Origin: Cycas panzhihuaensis
Lineage: Eukaryota; Plantae; Cycadophyta
Reading direction: 5' to 3'
NCBI GenBank assembly: GCA_023213395.1
Contig: CM041465.1
Location: forward strand, 203,181,741-203,245,740
Length of the DNA: 64,000 bases
In this document: positions 50,401-63,000 of the stretch, one piece after another
Numbering within the stretch: the first letter of the stretch is position 1
Layout of the letters: each line of letters opens with the position of its first letter
Translations under genes and position numbers: made by a program
Notes under the pieces: generated by a model
Databases searched by the model: none
Told to the model about the DNA's origin: nothing
What the model saw: only the letters and a program-made list of their open reading frames with translations

Positions 50401-53034
50401 TTGCTCCTTTATAAATCAACTTGAGAGTATCCCAAGCTTCTTTAAATGTGATAGCTTCACTTACTCAAAGGAAAATGTGATCCTCTAGTGCACAAAATAT
50501 AAGGGCTAAAGTCTTATTATCCTTTTTCACATACTCCTTATAAGCTTATTCTTCATCTTCGATGGCATTATCATTGATTTACTTATATCCTTCTTTGATA
50601 AGATCCCACATGTCCTTTACAATAAAGATAGGCCTCATTCTCCTACTTCAATTAAGGAAATGAAAACCATCAAATTTAGGTAGAACTATGTTTCTAAGGT
50701 TTATTGCTATTGTGAAATCAAATTATCTTAAAAATATAACAAAAAAAATATAAGTATTCTTATGTCCTATCTACTTAAAGGGTTTCTAATCTAGAATTCT
50801 AAGTCTTAGGGTTTCCAAGGAAAGCTCTCAATTATTATACTATCTAGTGGTGCCTACCTATAAGTGGAAAACTAGGGACCCTATATACTAATATATGAGA
50901 TCAAGGCTCTATATACTTCAATATGTAGGCTACTAAGAAGGTCTAAGACACCCTTAGTTTATTGATCTACCTATATCAAACTTATGCCTATTAACAAATC
51001 TAGTAGTGAAAACTTAACAACTAAGCTAGTCACCCCCTTTGTGTCTAGCGTAATCTCCAATCTCTAAATAATAGTTCACCACCTCAGCCTGCCACCTATA
51101 AAACTTGATAGCCAACAATTTCCTTAGCAAATTAGAGTAAACCAAGGACATATGCAAGGTGGTAACTTTAGAGGTCCTAACCATTACCCTTACAAGGCTA
51201 GTATAGATGTGGTTAATTAGGGAATTATCTTTATTAATGTTTCAAGTTAATGATATTTTTAGTGGTCTTGTTTATACACAAAATTTCTTTTAATAAATAA
51301 AAGCTAAAATTTTGAAAGTAAATGAAAGCGACTAAACTAAAAAGAAGGTTTAAAGAGCTCTTTTCGAAAAAACTTGATCCAAGATAAATTATAGAAGCCT
51401 TCAAGAGTATTCCTACAAAAGATCACCTATATATACTTATATATCTAAATGATGGATTATAACTACTAATAGAATTCAATACTATATTGTAGCATGAATA
51501 AACTTTGAAGAAAACTGAAAGTTAGTCTTAAAATAATAAGAAAATACTCAAATATTAGTCAAATAAATAGGCTAATTTAATAGTATATAACTCCTATAAA
51601 ACAAATCTAAATTAGTCTAAAATTAGCTCTAAGTTATAGTTCTCTATATCATCTTTCTGTTAGTTTAAATAGTTCAAAAAATGGACTCCTGGTTGGAAAG
51701 TTATTACAAAAATAGTAAAAAGACCTCTTTATGATCCAAAAAATCAGAAGGATGGGCTTAAGCCCCTTCGAAAAGTAACCCCTACTTGCCTGCTCACTAT
51801 ATAGAACCACCCGCTGATGTAGCTAAGGGGCTAATGGACCCAAAATTTTATCAAATATGATCTAAACTTTTTGATTTTGTAAAAAGAATACAAAATAATT
51901 AATCAAATTTTGAAATTCACCCCTTCTAGTGAAGATTTAGGTTACATGATAAATACAGAGACTAAATTGAGGGGTCTAAAGCTTGGAATCATCAAAAATA
52001 TCAAATTTAATTTAATATCAATGAACTTTATGAATTTAAAGTGAAAAATATGAAAATTTTTAAGAGATTTGGCAGTCGTAAAGATCAAATAGACCTATAC
52101 AGCGTTAGGCAGCCCGTGAGGAAGAATGGAAGGTAAGAACTTAGTGTTTCTTTAATTTGTTCACTCTAAGACTAATCTACAGGGGACACAAGGGTCTAAT
52201 AAAGAGATTTAGAGGCGATTTAGTATAAAAAGAACCCCAAATAAGCATGAATAAGCTGTGGACCACATGGAGGCTCAATGAGTAAAAATGACTAGAAACA
52301 AACTTAAATTAGTAGAAAACTCCTTTAAATAGACTCCTACAGACTATAAATAAGGTTAGCAAACCCCCAGAGAAGAAAATATACCTCTAGTAAGCATTTC
52401 TATCTCGATCTAAGGTTGAAGCAATATGAAAATGGGTTGTTTCCTTTGTTGTTGATAAAAAAAAATGGAGCTCTAATCACATATGGCTGTAAAGGGGTTG
52501 AATATCAGTAGTATAAGATTGAAATAATATAAAGGATGGCTTGCACTTGTGTTAAAATGACTGTATACACCAAGAAATATAGAACAATGAGTTAAAAATG
52601 AACAAAATATATACTAAACAACTATATTAAATAATACTAAACATAAACATGCAATATAAAAACTATTTATCATGCTCAGTAAGCTTTGTAATTATCTATA
52701 ATGAAGAAATATACCAATATTTATTTACACTACCCCATATAGATCTGATACCAAATGAAGGGAGATTAGGAGTCAGAGGGAATAAGATATTATACGAAAG
52801 CCATCAATGATAACATATTTTTAATATAATAAAGGCAGTGTTAAAGAACACTTGGGGGGTTACGGCTCATATATATAGATAGGAGTTGGGTGGGAGCCCA
52901 ACATCTATCATCTTTCAGTGTTTAAAAACATCATTTAAAAAATATTGATCATTTGACTAGGGTCAACCAATGTCGGCTCCACTAACCCTAATGTTGACAT
53001 ACTTAGTAATATTCCAAATGAACATTATCTAATA
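47429..53034 (-). mobile_element. Ty1/Copia LTR retrotransposon F, lacking RT, inserted just after the Gypsy H integrase stop
   Basis: ~280-bp LTRs at 47429-47708 and 52756-53034. TSD aacct/aagct. PBS complement gatctgatacca at 52742-52753 and PPT complement tttctcccccataat at 47709-47723. Confidence 0.92.
47725..50720 (-). pseudogene. Copia F gag-protease-integrase plus RNase H tail; RT deleted
   Basis: LPKFDGFHF Gag start; HKIGHLEEKC; NLLSVGHMIE; WHKRFVHLNY; IFIDNFIRKTWVYFLK, LNNRGEFISNEF; EWKDVMKIEY fused to VAIQMFQNLVFHDRTKH...DIFPKAL. Confidence 0.92.
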
Positions 53035-55379
53035 AAGCTAAGTACAATATAGGCGGAAGAATCAAGAGTTAATCAAGTTCTTGAGTTCACTTCCATCCAT
53101 CATTGAGATGTGTTAAGCCCCATTATTGAGATCCTCAATTCCTAAATAAGGACCAACCTACTCTGTCACATATTTATGTTGTTTCTTATGGAGATATTTA
53201 AGATCTAGCATCTTATCACCAACTTTAATTTTTTTAGGTTAAATATTTCTATCGTATGTGACTTAGGCCTTTTTCTTCAAAGCAATATTAGTCTAAAAGG
53301 AACATAGTTAAACCTCATCAAGTTACTCTAAATTGAGTAAGCAAGCCTTATACAACCATTGATTATCAATAAATTCCTTAAAATAGATTCAAAGAGATGA
53401 AATATCAACTTTAAGGGATAAAACAACCTCAATACCATATATCATAAAAAAGGTATCATCCTTGTAGCATTATAAATAGATGTGTGGTATGCCCAAAAAG
53501 CTTAAAAGAGTTGAATATGCTAGTCCCTCTAAGTGGTTAACACTCTTTTGGCCAAAATCTCAACTAATATTTTGTTAAATGCTTTGACATATTTATTAGC
53601 CTAAGGGTAGTCTAGGGATGAGGTCTAAAGAGTGATAAAAAAATTTGAGCATAGCTTAGCAATGTGTTTATTACTTAATGAGGTTCCATTATCAGTAATA
53701 ATAATATTAAGAACCCCAAAGTGGCAAATGGTGTGATGAAAAATAAAGGTCACAATGACCTTTGTAGTGGTGGAAATTAATAGGGTTGCTCCACTCCACT
53801 TAGTACAATACTTTGTGGTCATGATAATAAACTTATGGCCAATAGAGGACGGTGGATAGATTTGGCTAATCAAATCTAGACCCTAATGTAGAAAATACCA
53901 AGGAGAAATAATACCCCTCATGAATGTAGAGGGTTGGTGTATAAGATGAGAATGAACTTAAAAATTTTCACATTTGTAGACATAAGCATGAGCATCAATA
54001 AAAAGAGTGGTCCAATTGTAACCCATACACAAGATGCAATGGGAAGTGGCTTAGCCCCTAAAGTGTCCACTATAATTTCCATGTGGCATTCATTTAGGAT
54101 AGATTGAGTTTTAAAGGGATTAAGGCATCTAAGGAGGATGTTATTAAAAGAACATTTATAAAAATTATCATTGAGGAGCATGTATTATTATGTTATGGCC
54201 CATTCCTCTTTGTGTATTTGTAATTTACATTTGGGGATAAATTGGACTTGTAGGAAGTAGATCATATTGGCCTACCATCTAGAATCATTTTTAGAAATGT
54301 TAACATTAAGGATATAATCATCAAGAAAGGAATCATGTAATTCTTCACTAGACTTAGATGGTAAAGGGGAGGTCACAATTTGTTCAAAAATGACCATACC
54401 CTTTTTAAACTTATGATTGACCACCTCTAAGTTGAATTCTTATAACTTAAGGGCTTACTTTCCTGTATGTTTAGTAATACCAATCTTAGTGAGAAGGATG
54501 TAGATAGGGTTAGACTAAGTGATAACCCTAAGAGTATTGCCCATGAGATAATGCCAAAGTTTATTGGTAGTAAATACTAGGGTAAGGCACTCCTTCTTAG
54601 TGGAAGAATAATTCCAATCAATGCCAGTGAGTATTTGACTAATGAAATAAATGGTACATTCATGACTATCCTCTTAGGCTAATATGCCCCCAAGGGATTC
54701 CTCAATGGCCCAAGTATAAAGAATAAAATGCTTGACAAAATACGGAAGGACCAATATAAGGGTGCAACACCTTATTTATGTGTGTCAAAAGGTTTTTGGA
54801 CTTTAGGAGTCCAATGAAGAGGAAAACCCTTCTTTAGGAGATTCATAAGGGACTTGTCATTAAAGGTGAAATTTCCCTAAGAAAAGACTTAACCTACTTC
54901 TGAGTGGCAAGTGGTGGCATTTTAATAATTGCTTTAATCTTATCTAGGTCTATTTGAATGTCTTCTTTTGAAATAATATGAAAGAAAATAAATGATGGAG
55001 AATAGGGTAGAACATAAATATATAATCAATACATTATTGCATGAATAGAAAATCCTTGTATTCAATCCATTGTTTGATAGAGAACATTACAAATGTCCAA
55101 AGGTAGGAGATGTCTAAAGACACCAGGGTTGCACACCCCTCCAAATATATAGTTTGGGGGAGGAGGAAAACTCCTCAACCTCTAAATTCAAACGACAATA
55201 AAATATAACATAACTTAACTTAAAATAACTTAACTCAAATTAAATTAAGTCAACTTAACCTTACCTTATACTTACCTTTACATGTGAGCACCCACATGTG
55301 TAAATTGATGAAAGTGATGTGTGCACTCCTAGTTAAAAGGTAGGAGTATGGTTATGATCATTAACCCTAACATTCTTCC

Positions 55380-56085
55380 CCTTAATAGTCATCACGAGCA
55401 ACTTTGTCTTCTCTTTAAACTTGTAAAATTTAAACTTGAAAAAAACTTTGAAGATCTATTTTATAGCTTGATCTTTATTAAATTGCCTCATCCTTATAAC
55501 AATGTGTGTGTCTTTGCCATTGAATGGTACAAAAAATCTATAAGTAAATGTAGCTTGATTCAAATATGGAGGTGTGACTGCAACTTTGACTTTAACTTCT
55601 GAAATTTTAACTTTGTCTTCTAAAGTCTTTGTGTTATGAGCAATTGTTATATCATCATATTTCTCCCTCTCAAATGGAGGATCAGGTTCATGTGCAACAA
55701 GTTGATCATGCATTTGACTTAAATTTTCTTTGGTCTTTTTATTACAATCCACTTGTTCTAGTACCTGTCTCATATGATCAATAATATTAATGTTAAATTC
55801 ATTGGGGGTATCTCCCCTATAAGTAGAAATTAATATGTTCCACATGGATTTGGAAGTTGTTAGTTCACAAACATTAGAAAAGACATTATCATCTATAGTG
55901 TAAAATAGTAAAGCTAAGGCTTCATTGACTTTTTTAATGTTTTCTTTAATATTAACATCATATTCATCTTGTATGTAACTCTAAAGATTATGTGTAATAA
56001 AATAATTTTGCATTGTTTGATACTATTATGAAAAATTATGGCCATCAAATATAGGAAATTGTACTTTATCAAGATTGATTACCAT
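55380..56085 (-). pseudogene. Gag-N-terminal ORF of G, homologous to 44062-44832
   Basis: QFPIFDGHNFS...TMQNYF...KSMWNILISTYRGDTP...QLVAHEPDPPFERE...KVKISEVKVKV...FNGKDTHIVIRMR...KFYKFKE...LVMTIKG. Confidence 0.88.
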
Positions 56086-59000
56086 TTTACAGAAAACTTT
56101 AGTACATAAAAGGAATATACTTTTACTAAGTCAAAGAACTCAAAAACTTAATAAACTTATATAATATCAAATATACTCTTTGAAATGTAATGCCCTTTCA
56201 AAAAATAAAAGATGCATTTGGAAAGTATATTAAGCAAATGCAACTATTATAAGTGTAAGAAGTAAGTGAAAGCCTATTAGGATATACCAAATGCTCAAGT
56301 TTAGTAGCTTTAAAGCTGCACTAAACAATGTTAGAATAATGTGAAATTATACCAGTTTGAGGATCAACGAAAAAACTATTCAATGGAACTGGCCGTTTTG
56401 AAAACGGGTTCCTACAAGTCAATATTTTAATGAACCAAAGATACAATCCTCTTTTTTAGGCTTAATGGGAGCTTGGGGCTTAAAATATTATAAAAATGCT
56501 AGTAAAAAAAATTGTAGAATAATGTAAAATGGTCAAATATGGTTTAGAGAGCTACTTTATATACTTTTCAGTTGAAATTTTTGAGAAATAATATATGTGA
56601 ATATGCAATAATTACAAATTGGAGGCTATTATATACTTCAACTTTGATGGGTTTGAAAATTAGTAAAAACACTTTAAAACTTATAAATAATAGTGTTAAT
56701 TCAAAGAGGAGTGAGTCATCTTCCCAAGAAACTGATATATCTAAATTCTGATGTGAAACAAAAAAGTTATAATAGAAATAACTATAAGTACTTTTATGTT
56801 AAAAATATTTAAAAATGCTAAAGTGTCACTTTCACCAGTTAAAATAAATCCTAAAAAAATAAAATAAATAGATGGTAATAAAGTTTTCTAATAATAGATG
56901 ACTATAGAGTAGATCTGGGTAGAAAATAATATCCCGGTGTTAAAATATAATATAATAAAATGTGATTTTGTGAAAATAGTTTAAAATGACTTTGAAAATA
57001 AATGACTAGCTTTAAATTGATTGAAAATGGGTCAAATCAGCTCCAAATATGGCATATGATCAGTCAAAATTATATCTCAAAAAAGTTTGGGCATAATGGG
57101 ATAGGTTTCATTAGAAATCGATCACCCAGTCCAAAGTTATGGCAAAAATTTTACCAAGTACCCTATGTGAAATGAAAAATTAAAAAAAATAAAAAGGAAA
57201 ATATAATAAGGATTATGTTAGCCCCTTTTAAAAAGAGCTAACGGTCATGTGAGGGCTTAATAAAGCCAGGGGTTGAAGATCACGAGAGGGTTAACCTTTT
57301 AAAAAACCTTGGAATCTAAATTATATATAATATAATTAATTTTTTAAAAAACTTTATATGAAAAATATATAAAGAATAAAATAAAACCTTAAATACTACC
57401 ATCCTGACATAGTCGCCGCTGCCACTTGCGTGCACTCTTGTAAGTTCAGATTCTCAATCGAGATTATTATGAGGATGTTCATGCAGAGTTTGGTTTCTTT
57501 GTGGATGCTGCCGACGAGTTGGGGATTGGGTTTAACCATTGCAACTGTATTGATGGAAATTTGATCACCAATATCTATTCGACTATTCAACCTTCTTTTG
57601 GGACTCTTTGGATTACAATAACAGCATCGAGTTGTTTTATAAGTCTCTATGGGATGACAATATCTGGCAATTGAATGATGTTAATCAGACACCTCAATAA
57701 GAGGTTGGGATAGTAGTTAGTAATGACGTCTGCCACGATATACGTTCAATGCCTTATCTCAACGCAGGAGATGCTTTAAGCAATTGTTAATATATATATT
57801 CTAATGCTTTAAGTTGCTTGTAGATTGGGGTCATATACCAGGGGAAAGAAAGATGCGAGACTATTTTTGCATGGCGAAAAGCTACAATGGAAGAAAAAAT
57901 AAATGTGGTAGTTGCCGTTGGAAAGGCTAACGTAACCAAGAACAAGAAATCCAACTTAAAGAAGAAAAAAATATGGTGGAAAAATCTCCAAATGGCATTC
58001 GAGCAACAAGTCAGAACTAGGTTAAGAACTAGCTAGCGAAGTAGAAGCAAAAATAGAAATAACTCCTGGTCATGTGGAGAGCAGCACGTCAGCCTCTAAA
58101 AGGAGGAAATCGAGCTTAGATTGTTCTGAAGTTGAAGAAGAAGAAATCGAAAAAGTTCTGGCAGAAAACCAAAAAGGGAAGAGTGTTGTGGAAGATTTGG
58201 CTTATGGGAAATCGGACGTGGAACCTTCTAAAAGAGATCAAGCCAGGAAGGACAAAAAAATATAAGAGTGAAAATGACAGAGGGGGATGGATGGGTGTGT
58301 GTTATAATGAAGGTCCCAATGGGTCCTCCCCCTCCAAGGTAGCCAAAACTTAGTGCCACAGTTGATTTGGTCACTTTGAGTGGCGATTCTTCTGTAAATA
58401 TTTATGAAAGGAATATTGATATTAAGGGTGTAGATGGACTACCTGTTACAAGCGCAAATGGGTGTGTCCAAAAGGATAGTTTAACAGCACAGGGCAGTTC
58501 AGAACAGAAAAAAAAAATGGCAATAATTTCATAAAGGAATTAGATATTAGAGGGTGTTAAGGAATCATAGGTCAGCTTTTGCGAGGCCAAAGAATTAGGG
58601 AACCATTATTCAGTAACCAAATATTACTAGATTTGTAAACACTAGAGGTCACAATCAGTCACTAAGATGGTTATTATTTTTGTTAATTTTTTCTATCCTT
58701 TTCTTTTCTTTATCTACATTTATCTATATATATCTCTACAAAGACAATAGTGCACCATTCAAACAAGAAGACGTTGCAGCTGGAAGAAAAGTTGTAACTA
58801 CAAGTAGAAGAGAGTTGCAACTGAATTAAGAAAAAGACTTGAAACATCCGGAATAAAAAATCAAAGAGTTCTAGAGACAAATCCAAAAGGATTTATGGGC
58901 TTTTTTTTTTGTTTAAAAATAAACAGAATGATGCAGTTTATTCTTATGATACCAAACTTAAAATCTTATGAGTTTATTCAAAATAAGGAAAGATAACAAA

Positions 59001-59434
59001 AGTATTGAGTTTTTTTCAGTTGAAAAAGAATAATCTTCATATAATATGTATATCATAGAAGAGATATTTCAAAAAATTTATATTTATATAGAGAAGCATG
59101 AAAAATCTGGTGATTCAATTGAGCCACAAATGAAAACAGAAAATTTTTCAAATATTGAAGAAAGTATATCAAATAAATAAAATGTATATATATTTGTATC
59201 TGAAATCTTTTAAATGTATAGGAGAAGATATATCAAAGAAATAAGAAAATATATGTTTAAATCTAAATAAAATGAAGAACCTGGTAATGCAGTTATGGTG
59301 GATTTGAAGAAAATTGACTTTAGATTCTTCCAGTATACAGATCTGCTATAATATAACTTCTCCAAAAAGCTTGTTAGGTTGAATATGCACCAAATTTTTC
59401 AGAGATTTGAGAGAAAAACGTGAATAAATGGATC

Positions 59435-59815
59435 AAATATGCCAAAAATAGTCAAATATATGATAAAATATGTATATCTAGAGTAAATATTACATAGATC
59501 TAGAGAAAATATTATAAATCTGAAGAAAAACTTAAATATATAAGCAAAATAAACTAGAAAATGGTCAAATATTTGATAAAAATATGTAGATCTAAAGAAT
59601 ATATAGCATAGATCTAGAGAAAAGTTGAATAAATATTTATTACAGCTGTGCTCCTGCACAGATTTGAAAAAATATAAAATAAATAGACAAAAATAAGCTA
59701 GAAAATAGTCAAATATTTGATTAAAAATATGTAAAACTTATTAATAAAACCTTCATAGAGTGATAAAATCCTAAAGACTTATTGATTATAGCTATGCTCC
59801 TGCACATATCTGAAA
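59435..59815. repeat. Degenerate ~115-145-bp tandem array (3 units) in the extra segment of G
   Basis: aaaat(a/g)gtcaaatat(a/t)tgat(t)aaaa(a)tatgta three times; catagatctagagaaaa twice; gct(g/a)tgctcctgcaca twice. Confidence 0.8.
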
Positions 59816-60012
59816 TATATTTGTTATTTCACAAGTATAACTCAAGAATAATCAGATCTTTAATAAAAAAATACAAGAAAGTATTAATAAACTTTGTAGA
59901 AGATAAATATAACTAATATTTGCTTGCTATGAGTAGATATGTTGTAGATGCTAATAAATATTCTTTCTTCTAAAAAAACCTTAAATGAAGGTGCAACAAC
60001 CTAGTAATCTAT

Positions 60013-60066
60013 GCTCTGATACCAGATGAAGGAGTTGATGTAGTCCCAAGTAGCTCTGATACTAGA
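60013..60066 (-). promoter_or_regulatory. Tandem pair of tRNA-iMet primer-binding sites in G
   Basis: gctctgataccaga-tgaagga at 60013 and gctctgatactaga-tgaagga at 60053, 40 bp apart. Confidence 0.9.
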
Positions 60067-63000
60067 TGAAGGAAAATAAACGATGGAGAATAGGGCAGAA
60101 CATAAACACATAATCAATACATTGTTACATGAATAAAAAATCATTTATATTCAATTCATTGTTTGATAGAGATCATTACAAATGTCTAAAAGTAGGCAGT
60201 GTCTAAAGACACCAAGGTTGCCCACCCTTCCAAATATATAGTTTGGGGGAGGAGGGAAACTCCTCAACCTCTAAAATTTAAATAACAATAAAATATAACA
60301 TAGCTTAACTTAAATTAAATCAAATCAACTTAAACTTACCTTCTACTTACCTTCACATATGAGCACCCACATGTGTAAATTGATGAGAGTGAGATGTGCA
60401 CTCTTGGTTGAAAGGTGGAAGTGGGATGATGATCATTAACCCCAACAATAATAATATGGAGAATTCAAATAAAAGTTATAATAAAGATATATTTAAAAGG
60501 ATTCAAATAAAGGTTGTATTCTTTGCATTACTTAAAGATTGTCTTAAGTTCCTTGATGTGGTCTTTATAGTTTTTAAAGAGCACAATCATGTCATTAAGG
60601 TAAACATCGACTTCATAACCCATGAGATCATGAAATATGTAATGGATAACACTTTTATATATAGCACTAACATTTTTTAGGTCAAAAGGCATGGTTTTAT
60701 AAGTAACAATCCTTGATGGAGTGGTGAAAGTAATTTGTGATGGTCTTTAAGTATGATAAGAATTTGATTATAGCCTAAGAACCTATCCATAAGGGACATG
60801 ACCTTAAATCTAATAGATCAATCAAGAATTTAATCAATGAAGAGTAAAAGGAAGTTGTCCTTAGGGTATTTATCATTGATATCTATAAAACCAATATATA
60901 TCTTTATAAAATAGTTCTTCTTAGTAACTAAAATAATATTTGGCAACCTATTAAGGATAATCATAAACTTAATAAATCTTACCTTCAAGAGTTTCTCAAC
61001 TTTTAATTTAATAGTATCCCAAAATTAAGGTGGATATGTCATTATTATTGGTGCTTAGGCCTAGCTCCTAGAAGGATGGTAATATGATAGACAACCATGC
61101 TAGGGGTGGAGCCCCTTCATGTTTAAATAATCCTATATAAAAATGGAGTAGAATACAATGCAAAGTTTTTTAATTTGTTAGACCTCTTTCGATAAGCAGT
61201 CAGCTCCCACCTTGATGATACAAGGCTCTTTAGTGATATTGAGGTTGAAATTAGTGGTTTTACCAACTAAAAGAGTGGAACTCTTATCAAAGTAAAGAGA
61301 GGCAGGATCAATAAGAGGTTTAGTTGAAGGGGTCTTTTGAGTTTTTGAAGCCAGTAGGGAGGTAGGATAAATATATTTAAAAAAATAATCTTATGATGGT
61401 TGTGGGTAGGGTAAGGGACAAGCTATCAAGGTGCTCTAAGAGGGCTTCATCATTTTTAAATGATTAAGGCTACGTATGACTTAACTAATCATTTAAACAT
61501 CCTTAATTTCCAAACTCTTATTGATGTTATGCCCCTTAGCTTAGAAGTATTAGTTGAATACAAGAGAGATAAAAGGAGGTTCAACTTGATCATCTTTAGA
61601 AAAAATATTAACCATGGAGATTTATTATTGTTTGGATTTATGATAATGATGAACTACTTATACTTCCCCTTGAGGAACAAACTAGAGTTCCCTAAAGAGG
61701 GAGAAGCAAATGACCCCTATCTAGTTAATCAACAATTGATCTAACAACAAGTAATATCTAAAATCTAAGTTAATAATAGTAAACTTAACTATTACAGTTT
61801 TATCCTAAAGGGTAAATAAAAGAGAGACCTTGCCAAGAAGAATTATTTATGTTTTATTGAATCCTTAACATACCTAATTGATAGGTTTGTAGGCAGGCAT
61901 GCCAAGCAGCTCATGCAATCTAAGAGGGAAGGTATTGGTAGTACATCTTCATCCAGAATGACCTTTTAATGGTCCATTAACCACTCATGATATAAATGAT
62001 ATAAATGATCAAGGGATGTTGTGATGCCCATAGTGGTCACCAAGTCATGATGGATCAAAAATAAGAAGAGGTTTACCCAAGTTAGGTTGTTTAATACCAA
62101 TGGAATCAAGAAGGGGTTGAGTTTGCTTAGGGTGTCTCTTAAGTAAATCAAACATAAAAATTCCTATAAATATAGACTCAATCTCCTTAATGATAAATAA
62201 GCCTTTAATCTTAGTAATCTATGGGAGGGAACAATGAAAATCTATTTTAATAAGTGAAAGAGGGATTTTAAGAATTTCTCTAGTTGACTTGGATGAGGAG
62301 CTAGCTTAAAGTTCTTTAATGTATAGGTGTTAATCGCTAAAAGGTTAGTTGTCTCCATTATGTTAATGATTTTGGCTTGGGTATCCTAGTCATCCTTAGG
62401 AATGGGCTTTTAGTATATTAACATTTAGTGGGTTTAATAAAGGTGGAACCTTCTTTAGTTTTAGACTCAAAACTAGAGGATTGATCTTCCTCTTTAGTAG
62501 GACCCTTTCCTTTTCATTTGTCTTCAAGGTTGGGAAAAGGATTGAAATAAATTGCCAAGACTTTGTTTAGGTGAGATGATTATTGAATGGATGAAGCGTA
62601 GGTCCTACCAAGCTACTTGAGCTTATTTCACTCTAATCTATCATGGGTATTAGTTTGGTAGTAAGTGCACCAAGGGCCCTTCTTGTTAGGAGAATGAAGG
62701 AGAGCCTTAGATGGCTATTCAAGTTTCTGATCTATAAGATGAATGGTCTTAGAATCCTTTAAAGGTTTAGGAGAAAAAGTTGAAAGCTTAGACATGATAA
62801 AGCACTCCAAAGTATAAAGGGTAGAAGTAAGTCGATCATAGGTCCTATCATCTTGGCTATGCTTAGGTTTAGGAGTAGGCTCCTATATAAGAGTGGAAAA
62901 GGTCTTATTTGACTTCTTGACTCCAAGATAAATCTTAAAATATTCAAGGGATAGGTGCTTATCAATGATACTCTAACAAGTAGTTGGTCCAAGTTTTAGC

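Larger units (their letters stand above)
54979..60447 (-). mobile_element. Element G: second copy of the E family, with ~2.6 kb extra sequence, inserted into the RT of H
   Basis: LTRs at 54979-55372 and 60067-60447 (TG...CA) are homologous to the E LTRs. PPT complement at 55373-55385 and double PBS at 60013-60066. It splits the Gypsy RT at HIISKE. The TSD lies in an (aat)n run and is imprecise. Confidence 0.92.

Noticed and set aside
59399-59659. Hydrophobic 86-aa ORF
   Set aside because: It is a translation of an AT-rich tandem repeat, with no family motif.
60013-60073. Repeat-spacer-repeat as a CRISPR-like array
   Set aside because: Only two units, and the repeat is a tRNA-Met PBS plus LTR end. 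The context is eukaryotic and there are no cas genes.
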